From Candidatus Thorarchaeota archaeon (GTDB lineage Archaea > Asgardarchaeota > Thorarchaeia > Thorarchaeales > Thorarchaeaceae), in the NCBI GenBank assembly GCA_016839445.1, contig JAEOUG010000024.1, forward strand, positions 1 to 14,616: DNA of 14,616 nt, in the 5' to 3' direction. Positions 8,449-14,616 of the stretch are shown piece by piece. Below the pieces are notes generated by a model. It was not told where the DNA came from, did not search any database, and saw only the letters and a list, made by a program, of their open reading frames with translations. The position numbers and the translations under genes were made by a program. The stretch's first letter is position 1. Every line of letters starts with the position of its first letter.

Positions 8449-8844
8449 CTAGATTCTCACGAAGTGCGGTGTGACGATCATGCAGTCGTCATTCACCAGT
8501 GCAATCTCAGCTTGATAGCCTCTGGTCTCACCGCGGATGCGTTCAATGATTCTACGTAACTCAAGATGACTGTGGTCATTTCCGTCATTGAGCCGAGATA
8601 TGTCAAGCAGCACGATGTTGCCCTGCCGTATTTCATCAACAACATCGGGAACATCGGAGAGAGAGTGGACCTTCTTTGACCGGAGGAATATCTCCTCAAG
8701 TTCACTGAGCCGCTTTAGCTCCCTGGTTGGAGATGGCGGTGTGCCTCTAATCCTCGGAGAGAAGACGCCAAGACTGGGGAATGTTCGTTCTGTCTTTTCG
8801 TCTTCTTCGGTTCCATCGCTTTTGCGCTTGAAGAGTGACCTCAC
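8449..8844 (-). CDS. sepF: SepF-family cell division protein (archaeal type)
   Basis: The C-terminal core VHSLSDVPDVVDEIRQGNIVLLDISRL...LRRIIERIR...EIALVNDDCMIVTPHFVRI matches archaeal SepF. A short N-terminal MRSLFKRK could be the membrane-targeting segment, followed by a linker. The probable start is GTG 8844, 6 nt after a GAGGTG SD. The ORF track gives 8853. Confidence 0.82.
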   Translation of the reverse strand: MRSLFKRKSDGTEEDEKTERTFPSLGVFSPRIRGTPPSPTRELKRLSELEEIFLRSKKVHSLSDVPDVVDEIRQGNIVLLDISRLNDGNDHSHLELRRIIERIRGETRGYQAEIALVNDDCMIVTPHFVRI

Positions 8845-8895
8845 TACTTGCACCTCGATGTCATCTTTCTCTTCTAGACCTGTAAAGAAAAGACC

Positions 8896-8933
8896 GAGTA
8901 TTATAGGACATGAAGTTGGCTAATCTTTATCTG
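8896..8933. promoter_or_regulatory. Divergent promoter region between sepF and the helicase-like gene
   Basis: Minus-strand TATAATA (8899-8905) and plus-strand cTTTATct (8926-8930) in a spacer of about 100 nt. Confidence 0.5.
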
Positions 8934-8952
8934 ACAAGTCTAGCAAACGGCT

Positions 8953-11604
8953 GTGAGCAGGATGTCGTCGCGTAGGAAGGAGCCGCAATCCGAAGAAGAT
9001 CTTCCAAGTCAGTTGAAGGCTCTGAGCAACCGGCATGCCATTGAGATACTACAGGTTCTCAGTCCAGCTACAGGTGAGATGGTGCCCACTCTGGGATGGG
9101 ACAGCATTGTCGACGGCCTTCTGGCTCAGGATGGTATACAACCACCTCTAGCTCCGAAGTCTGGTGAGAGGACTCAAGAGCAGGTCGAATACGAGGAGAA
9201 GCGCCAGAGCCTCATGTCTGGCGGTACAATCTACGAAACCATGAACAAGTTGGCAAAGGCGAAGTTCGTCACATCATCAGGAGAGCGAGGGAAGAAGCAA
9301 CGTGGATTCATGATCACACACAAGGGGAGACTAGCTCTGGCAGCAGTGGGCCAGCTTGGAGGCCCAATCAGGGCGGATACTGATGTCAAGAGGGCAGCAA
9401 GCATACTCCTGAAACACAAGAACTTCGTGAGCCTTCTTCCCTCTCAGGAGAAGTTCCTGAGAGAGATACATGACATTGACACGAATCTTGTCATTCAGAT
9501 GCCGCCAGGATCGGGCAAGACTTTCCTGGCAATGATAGCTGTGCTTCTCAAGCTTCAGCAGGGAGTCAGGTGCCTCTACCTCAGCCCCTACACGTCCCTT
9601 AGCAGGCAGGTCGTCGAGGAATACGGGCCGCTATTCGAGGAATTGGGCTACTCTGTGGTGCGGCTCGATGGACTCCACCACGCTAGTGACAAGCAACTTG
9701 AGGACGCAAGCCTTCTCATAGTGATGTACGAGTCGCTATTCGAGGCACTTCTGCAGAAGAAGAAGTGGACCGACCACATAGGGCTAGCAGTGATTGACGA
9801 GCTGACAGAACTGGACTCGGCCCAACCCGAACTGGAGGCCCACACAGCGGGAACTGACCGGAGCACCAAGCTAGACATGGTAATTGCGTTCCTCAAAGAC
9901 AAGTCGCAACTCATCACGCTCTCATCTCGCTTTGGCGAAACGGGAGAGGTGAGTGACTGGCTAGGAGCACAGGTATTCCGCCCGGACGTCAGACTTGCAC
10001 CAGATGAGTTCATCGTCTTCAGAGAGGATGATGAGTTCAGGATAAAGAGCAGCGATGGTACGCAGAAGGCGTCGCTTCAGAAGGAGGATGCCCTTGATGC
10101 CGTGATGCTCCACCTTGGGGACTACCAGAAGAAGTCGGTCCTCGTGGTCGTGGGATATAGAACCCGAGCGGAGGGTGTAGCTCGCTGGTTGGCACAAAGA
10201 TTCCCTCGCAGTACGGCGGACGGCCTTCCTGAGCACATAATCGGATCTGGAGAGATGCTTCCGCTTAGCGGAAGACTTGAGCAAGTTCTCCAGTTTGGCA
10301 CTGCCTTTCATCATTCAGGATTGGACGCGGGAGTGAGAGAGCGCCTTGAACATGCAATCGGAGAAAAGCAAGTAAGAACGGTAGCATCCACGACAGGTAT
10401 TACCTCAGGAATCAGCTTCCCATTTGACTGCGTCATCATCCTCCTTGACCCCAACATGTACTTCATGACCACACGTTCAAGATACCTACAGGTTGCCGGC
10501 AGGATTGGGGAGTATCATCTCTCACGTCATGGAGGTCGCGTTTACTTGGTTTTCGAGGGCCCTTCCAGGAGATTCAGCACACCCGAAGTGATGCAGGACA
10601 GACTCCTAAACAAGCCTCTAGAACCCCTGTTTCCGGGAGGCATGTATCCAGGTCTAGCTGTTGGTATCCTTGTCAGAGAAGCCTTCACACGGAAGAAGTT
10701 CACCCGTGACAGCCTTGAGAAGTGCTTCCTTGATAGAGTGCGGTCAACGCTTAGGGCACGGATTGACAGGGACTACTCAGACGAGATGACCGATTACTTC
10801 AGAACGACCTTCAACTGGATGGTACGAGAGAAGGTCTTCGAGAAGGTGGAGAAGGAATACAAGATGGCCAAGGACGCAAAAGCTGCAGTTGAAGCAGGCC
10901 TTGACATCCTTGATTTCCTCTCTGTTCGCGGGCGCCTAGAGAATCTCGGTTCGCAAGATCTCGTCGACATTCTCTTGGACCTGCGCCTCCCTCAGGCAAT
11001 ACGACCTCGCACCATCCGACCGTTGGTTGCTGAACTTGACATAATGGGTATTGAGCAACCTGATGACTGGTATCTGCAGCGGCTGCCAGAGAGAAGAGAA
11101 ACCAAGAAGATGGTAATCGAGAAGTGGATTGACGAGAAGGAGGTCGGCGAGATAGTTGAGGAGGCTCGTGAGTCCACTCGTGGCATAACTCTCGATGAGG
11201 GAGACTTGGCGTCTCTGTTGGGCATCTGTAGCGATGCAGCAGTCAATCTTGCAGGATACCTGAAGTCGATGAAGAAGAAGGACCTTGCAGACGAAATGCA
11301 GGTACTCGGAAGACGGCTTAGATATGGCGTACGAAAGGACTTGGCGAAGTCAGATCTTCTAGAATTGAAACTCCTGGCCGGAGACGACACACCCTCCAAC
11401 AGGTTGCCAAGAGCCGACGCCAGAGTCCTGTTCGAACGAGGGTATGAGTCAATCAGGGACGTTGTGAGAAAGGATATCGATGCCAGCAAGAGAGGCCTAG
11501 CGAGAGACCGGTTCGCACAGAACAGCGGACTGGAACCTGGGCGTGCAATCGATATCTACAAGGCCGCTCTGAAGCACATTCGCGCGAGTATCGAAGATGG
11601 CTAG
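8953..11604 (+). CDS. Ski2/Hel308-like SF2 (DEAD/DEAH-box family) helicase homolog with an N-terminal winged-helix domain and degenerate catalytic motifs
   Basis: Q motif LLPSQEK, Walker A MPPGSGKT, Ia SPYTSLSRQ, II IDELTEL, AFHHSGL, V STTGITSGISFP and VI QVAGRIG. The C-terminus RLRYGVRKDL...RADARVLFERGYESIRDV is Hel308-like. The start may be ATG 8962. Confidence 0.85.
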   Translation: MSRMSSRRKEPQSEEDLPSQLKALSNRHAIEILQVLSPATGEMVPTLGWDSIVDGLLAQDGIQPPLAPKSGERTQEQVEYEEKRQSLMSGGTIYETMNKLAKAKFVTSSGERGKKQRGFMITHKGRLALAAVGQLGGPIRADTDVKRAASILLKHKNFVSLLPSQEKFLREIHDIDTNLVIQMPPGSGKTFLAMIAVLLKLQQGVRCLYLSPYTSLSRQVVEEYGPLFEELGYSVVRLDGLHHASDKQLEDASLLIVMYESLFEALLQKKKWTDHIGLAVIDELTELDSAQPELEAHTAGTDRSTKLDMVIAFLKDKSQLITLSSRFGETGEVSDWLGAQVFRPDVRLAPDEFIVFREDDEFRIKSSDGTQKASLQKEDALDAVMLHLGDYQKKSVLVVVGYRTRAEGVARWLAQRFPRSTADGLPEHIIGSGEMLPLSGRLEQVLQFGTAFHHSGLDAGVRERLEHAIGEKQVRTVASTTGITSGISFPFDCVIILLDPNMYFMTTRSRYLQVAGRIGEYHLSRHGGRVYLVFEGPSRRFSTPEVMQDRLLNKPLEPLFPGGMYPGLAVGILVREAFTRKKFTRDSLEKCFLDRVRSTLRARIDRDYSDEMTDYFRTTFNWMVREKVFEKVEKEYKMAKDAKAAVEAGLDILDFLSVRGRLENLGSQDLVDILLDLRLPQAIRPRTIRPLVAELDIMGIEQPDDWYLQRLPERRETKKMVIEKWIDEKEVGEIVEEARESTRGITLDEGDLASLLGICSDAAVNLAGYLKSMKKKDLADEMQVLGRRLRYGVRKDLAKSDLLELKLLAGDDTPSNRLPRADARVLFERGYESIRDVVRKDIDASKRGLARDRFAQNSGLEPGRAIDIYKAALKHIRASIEDG

Positions 11605-11609
11605 GAAGC

Positions 11610-12116
11610 CTAGACCTTACTGAACTCCCACAGCGGGTCGTTGATGTGATGAATCGATTGAATTACCTTGCCGGTGCTAGCGACCTGCATTTCACCACTG
11701 GACAGCATTGACACCCCAACCGCGAGGGGCTTGCCGTGGCGCTCTTCAACGACAGCGACGATATCACCCTCAGATATTCCATCGTCAATCTTCGTGACGC
11801 CAGGACGCATTATGTCAGCTCCATTGACCACGAATTTGACTGCGCCCATGTCAATCGTGATGGTGGGAATAGTCACTATACCTGCAAGAAGTGAGCGGAG
11901 TGTCGGGAACATGCGACCCTCGTGCTCAAAGAACACAATGTCGCCGTCCAACAGAAGCACTCTCGACCCATCATCAAGAATTCCACCCTCCAACTGAGCC
12001 TTGTCGTCAAGACCCTTCACAGGGTGTCCTAGGTCGGTCTCGATTGTCTCGATCTCCTGTCTCTGCTGTTTCTTCTTCAACAGGTGGCGTTTCTTTATTC
12101 GTTCAATCTTGGGCAT
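11610..12116 (-). CDS. DUF1947/PUA-domain RNA-binding protein (MCT-1/Tma20-like)
   Basis: IKKRHLLKKK N-terminus, FPTLR, and the PUA domain IDMGAVKFVVNGADIMRPGV...HGKPLAVG...GKVIQSIHHINDPLW. The likely start is ATG 12116 (MPKIER). The ORF track gives 12167. Confidence 0.92.
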   Translation of the reverse strand: MPKIERIKKRHLLKKKQQRQEIETIETDLGHPVKGLDDKAQLEGGILDDGSRVLLLDGDIVFFEHEGRMFPTLRSLLAGIVTIPTITIDMGAVKFVVNGADIMRPGVTKIDDGISEGDIVAVVEERHGKPLAVGVSMLSSGEMQVASTGKVIQSIHHINDPLWEFSKV

Positions 12117-12189
12117 TTCATGCACAGGACCGCTGGGAGCCTTTTGAAACCTGCGGAACATCAGCATTGAATACAGACTTCATCGTCAT

Positions 12190-12199
12190 GTTTTTAAGC
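12190..12199. promoter_or_regulatory. Candidate TATA element, possibly bidirectional, between the PUA and Sm genes
   Basis: TTTTTAAG on plus and CTTAAAAA on minus, roughly central in the divergent spacer. Confidence 0.5.
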
Positions 12200-12270
12200 C
12201 ATCCTCGAAGACTAGCGCGACCGTCGCCGGCTACTCGGCCGTTCGATGTCATTCTGTGTTGGTGATATGT

Positions 12271-12519
12271 TTGAACGCAGGTAGACCCATGGAACTGCTA
12301 CAGAACTCCATTGGCTCACAAGTCCTTGTGGAGCTCAAGGGGCGAAAGAAGATCAAGGGGAAACTGCGAGGCTTTGACCAACACCTGAATCTCATCCTTG
12401 AGGACGCGGAGGAAATCTCCTACAATCCTGAAACCGATGAGCAGACGGTGATCACGGTGGATACTGTGATTGTCCGCGGCGACAACGTGGTGATCGTTTC
12501 ACCTCCGCCAACCAGCTAA
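12271..12519 (+). CDS. Sm/Lsm family RNA-binding protein (SmAP1-like)
   Basis: RPMELLQNSIGSQVLVELKG...GKLRGFDQHLNLILEDAEE (Sm1) and IVRGDNVVIVSP (Sm2). The likely start is TTG 12271, 5 nt after a GGTGA SD. Conserved linkage with rpl37e. Confidence 0.95.
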   Translation: MNAGRPMELLQNSIGSQVLVELKGRKKIKGKLRGFDQHLNLILEDAEEISYNPETDEQTVITVDTVIVRGDNVVIVSPPPTS

Positions 12520-12531
12520 GGAGACTGAGAG

Positions 12532-12720
12532 ATGGGAAAGGGAACTCCATCAAAGGGTAAGAAGAACAATCCACATCACATACGCTGCAGAAGGTGCGGA
12601 AGGAGATCCTACCACGTAAGGCACAAGAGATGCGCGGCCTGTGGCTTCGGAGTATCATCCAAGCTCCGCCAGTTCAACTGGGCGCACAAGAAGGTCCACG
12701 GCGTGCGAGTCCGTGGCTAG
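12532..12720 (+). CDS. rpl37e: 50S ribosomal protein eL37 (L37e)
   Basis: [11 protein letters not shown]...[13 protein letters not shown]...CAACGFG...LRQFNW, with the C4 zinc finger. AGGAG SD upstream. Confidence 0.97.
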   Translation: MGKGTPSKGKKNNPHHIRCRRCGRRSYHVRHKRCAACGFGVSSKLRQFNWAHKKVHGVRVRG

Positions 12721-12822
12721 CTCCATTTTCAGCCAGCACCCTAGAGCTTCTCAAGTATCTGTTGCCAAAGTGCAACAACGGAAATCGATATATCCAATTA
12801 CTTCACAATAGTTACGAACCTT

Positions 12823-13227
12823 ATGAGTGACAACAAGACTCGACCCACAGGGAACAATGCAGAGCAGTTCCTTGAGAGCGTGGCAAATGAACAGCGACGA
12901 AGGGATAGCCTTGAACTCCTTGAGATTATGACCGAGATCACGAAGGAGAAGCCCATATTGTGGGGGTCGAGTATCGTTGGCTTTGGCAGCTATCGCTACA
13001 AGTACGCGAGCGGCAGAGAGGGCGACTGGTTCAAGACGGGATTCTCGCCGCGAAAGAACAGCCTCACACTCTATGTGATGCCCAACCTCGACGATTTCCG
13101 TCCTCTCCTCCAGAAGCTAGGAAGGCACAAGACCGGCAAAGGATGTATCTACATCAGCAAGCTCTCGGACGTAGATATCTCCGTCCTAAGGGAGATTGTC
13201 GAGCAGTCAGTCGAGAGACTCCCCTGA
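12823..13227 (+). CDS. DUF1801 (YdhG-like) domain protein
   Basis: NKTRPT, FLESV, LWGSSIVGFGSYRYKYASGREGDW, GFSPRK, LLQKLGRHKTGKGCIYI and DVDISVLREIV are typical of the DUF1801 family. Confidence 0.88.
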   Translation: MSDNKTRPTGNNAEQFLESVANEQRRRDSLELLEIMTEITKEKPILWGSSIVGFGSYRYKYASGREGDWFKTGFSPRKNSLTLYVMPNLDDFRPLLQKLGRHKTGKGCIYISKLSDVDISVLREIVEQSVERLP

Positions 13228-13247
13228 AGCCTGCAAGGCTTTATTTT
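13227..13247 (+). terminator. Small hairpin plus T-rich tract after the DUF1801 gene (may double as the TATA box of the next gene)
   Basis: AAGCCT-gca-AGGCTT followed by TATTTT. Confidence 0.5.
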
Positions 13248-13300
13248 CGTTCAGACAGACTTCGACGTGAGCGGCCTGGTTGGGCCAAAGCATCTAGACT

Positions 13301-14029
13301 GTGGAGGGTTATAGAACGATCACTAAGCATCGAGCTCCTAAACTGGCAATTCTCTTTGCGATGACGTTTCTCTTGACCACGCCCATTGTGGCGATGGCGG
13401 GGAACCAAGGGCTATCGTGGGCCGTACCCATAGGCGAAACGAGAGACTTCGACCTATACCGCGAGAGGAACTCGACCATGCTTGGCTATTCTCTGATTGA
13501 CGAAACAGTCACTCTGAACATAACCGAGCACCCCGAGATTCCTGAAGACATCACTGTATGGCAATCCTATGCCGAGTTTGTGGGGATTCCTGAGATTGAG
13601 CGAATAGGCTACTGGGAGAACGGAACAGCGATGGGGATGTGGGCGTATCTCATCATAACTCCAATTCTCATCCCTGTGGGCAACTGGACTCTCATCGCCG
13701 CCCTCTTGGGCGACTACCTCTCAGATATCGCGGTGGAGTATACGTCGGAAGTCATCAACGACGGGCAACGCATAGGCTTCAGATACTCGGCTCAGATTAC
13801 AGACTATAGTGAAATCAGAGAGGCATGGTGGAGCAAGGCCGATGGGATGCTCATTCACTACCGATGGTACCATTATGACTTCAGATTCGAGGGGCTGGAA
13901 ACAGAGTCGGATATAGTAGCAGATGCCGTGCAGCCGCAATTTCCCTCGAGTGTGGTCATCCTCGTCGGAGGGGTTGCTGGCGCAGTGATTATCCTTGGTG
14001 CGGTCGTCTTCCTAAGGAAAAAGAGCTGA
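13301..14029 (+). CDS. Hypothetical exported protein with a C-terminal membrane anchor
   Basis: Basic plus hydrophobic signal peptide (KHRAPKLAILFAMTFLLTTPIVAMA), an acidic/aromatic ectodomain with four N-x-S/T sequons, and a C-terminal TM helix followed by RKKS. Start uncertain. Confidence 0.8.
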   Translation: MEGYRTITKHRAPKLAILFAMTFLLTTPIVAMAGNQGLSWAVPIGETRDFDLYRERNSTMLGYSLIDETVTLNITEHPEIPEDITVWQSYAEFVGIPEIERIGYWENGTAMGMWAYLIITPILIPVGNWTLIAALLGDYLSDIAVEYTSEVINDGQRIGFRYSAQITDYSEIREAWWSKADGMLIHYRWYHYDFRFEGLETESDIVADAVQPQFPSSVVILVGGVAGAVIILGAVVFLRKKS

Positions 14030-14073
14030 GGACTTCCTAGATCCGTGTAGGCCGGCCTTGTACTGCAGAGGGA

Positions 14074-14388
14074 CTAATCTTCGCCGCGGTCTTCTCGACG
14101 GGGCTTTGTGTAGGAGGCGAAGGACCGTGTTGCGGGACGACCCTGACGACCGCCGACGGGAAGAGGACCGGCAGATGATGCCCGGTTTCCGGGAGTGTAG
14201 GACACATCATAGCCGTACGAGCCCTGCATAACCGAGTAACCATCCTCTGTTCTCGGTCTGCCACCTGTGCGCTCTAGGCGCCTTGGGGGACCGCTCTTGC
14301 ACATGGTGATGAAGATGACGTACAAAGCCCCCAAGATGCATCCTGCAAAGAAGATGTAGATGGGGATGTACTCCAGATAGAATTGCAC
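14074..14388 (-). CDS. Hypothetical small single-pass membrane protein
   Basis: One hydrophobic helix (IPIYIFFAGCILGALYVIFITMC) followed by a basic, Gly/Arg/Pro-rich tail. It fills the gap between the exported-protein gene and the tRNA. A start at GTG 14388 is a guess, as the ORF is open to 14493. Confidence 0.55.
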   Translation of the reverse strand: MQFYLEYIPIYIFFAGCILGALYVIFITMCKSGPPRRLERTGGRPRTEDGYSVMQGSYGYDVSYTPGNRASSAGPLPVGGRQGRPATRSFASYTKPRREDRGED

Positions 14389-14505
14389 TTCTCGCCTGTC
14401 ACCAGTATCATATACTCGCGAAAGCATTTGAGGTTGCTCATAGAGTGTGCCGGACTCGTGATAGGGGATGGTCCACAGATTCTCTCGTGGCAATCACTCC
14501 ACAAT

Positions 14506-14515
14506 TCTTTTAACC
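14506..14515 (+). promoter_or_regulatory. TATA box for tRNA-Ala
   Basis: cTTTTAAcc about 45 nt upstream of the mature tRNA 5' end. Confidence 0.55.
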
Positions 14516-14556
14516 GTTCCAAATCGCATAGCCAATCGCACGACCTGTGCAACCAT

Positions 14557-14616
14557 GGGCCGGTAGATCAGCCCGGTAGATCGCCTCCTTGGCATGGAGG
14601 AGGTCGCGAGTTCGAA
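14557..14616 (+). tRNA. tRNA-Ala(GGC), 3' end truncated by the window
   Basis: Acceptor 5' strand GGGCCGG, TA, D-stem GATC/GATC with loop AGCCCGGTA, anticodon stem CCTCC/GGAGG with loop TT-GGC-AT (anticodon 14591-14593), variable AGGTC, and T-arm GCGAG-TTCGAA. No intron is seen in the visible part. Confidence 0.93.

Noticed and set aside
12594-13364. Alternative-frame plus-strand ORFs 12594-12830 and 12960-13364
   Set aside because: They overlap rpl37e and the DUF1801 gene out of frame and resemble no known family.
14560-14583. Direct repeat ccggtagatc x2 near the window end, as a possible CRISPR or att site
   Set aside because: It is explained by the acceptor and D-arm sequence of tRNA-Ala.
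14588-14596. Reading the anticodon as TGG (Pro) or CAT (Met)
   Set aside because: The CCTCC/GGAGG stem fixes a 7-nt loop TTGGCAT with central GGC, which is Ala. The G1-G2-G3 acceptor is consistent with this.
1-14616. Selenocysteine or pyrrolysine read-through, programmed frameshifts, inteins, CRISPR arrays, transposases
   Set aside because: The recognised genes have family-typical lengths and ends. No split ORFs, spaced repeats or recombinase/transposase motifs were seen.

Overview
Archaeal housekeeping region. An Asgard lineage such as Thorarchaeia is a tentative guess from gene style and the hypothetical membrane proteins, and it is not verified. The window contains the conserved informational gene string: 3' end of a geranylgeranyl-reductase-family gene, pus10, rpl21e, rpo4(F), DUF655, rsmA/ksgA, HemK2-type methyltransferase, long-type FKBP PPIase, proteasome beta subunit and aCPSF1/FttA. 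After it come a convergent SepF-family gene, a large Hel308/Ski2-like gene, a convergent DUF1947/PUA gene, the Sm-rpl37e pair, a DUF1801 gene, two hypothetical membrane proteins, and a tRNA-Ala(GGC) cut off by the window end. The most unusual element is the 883-aa protein at 8953-11604. It fuses an N-terminal PadR/ArsR-like winged-helix domain to a Hel308-like SF2 scaffold with degenerate motifs II, III, V and VI, suggesting a pseudo-helicase or regulator. Also notable are a histone-H1-like Lys-rich tail on the FKBP and structured intergenic leaders upstream of rpl21e and aCPSF1. No mobile elements or CRISPR arrays were seen.
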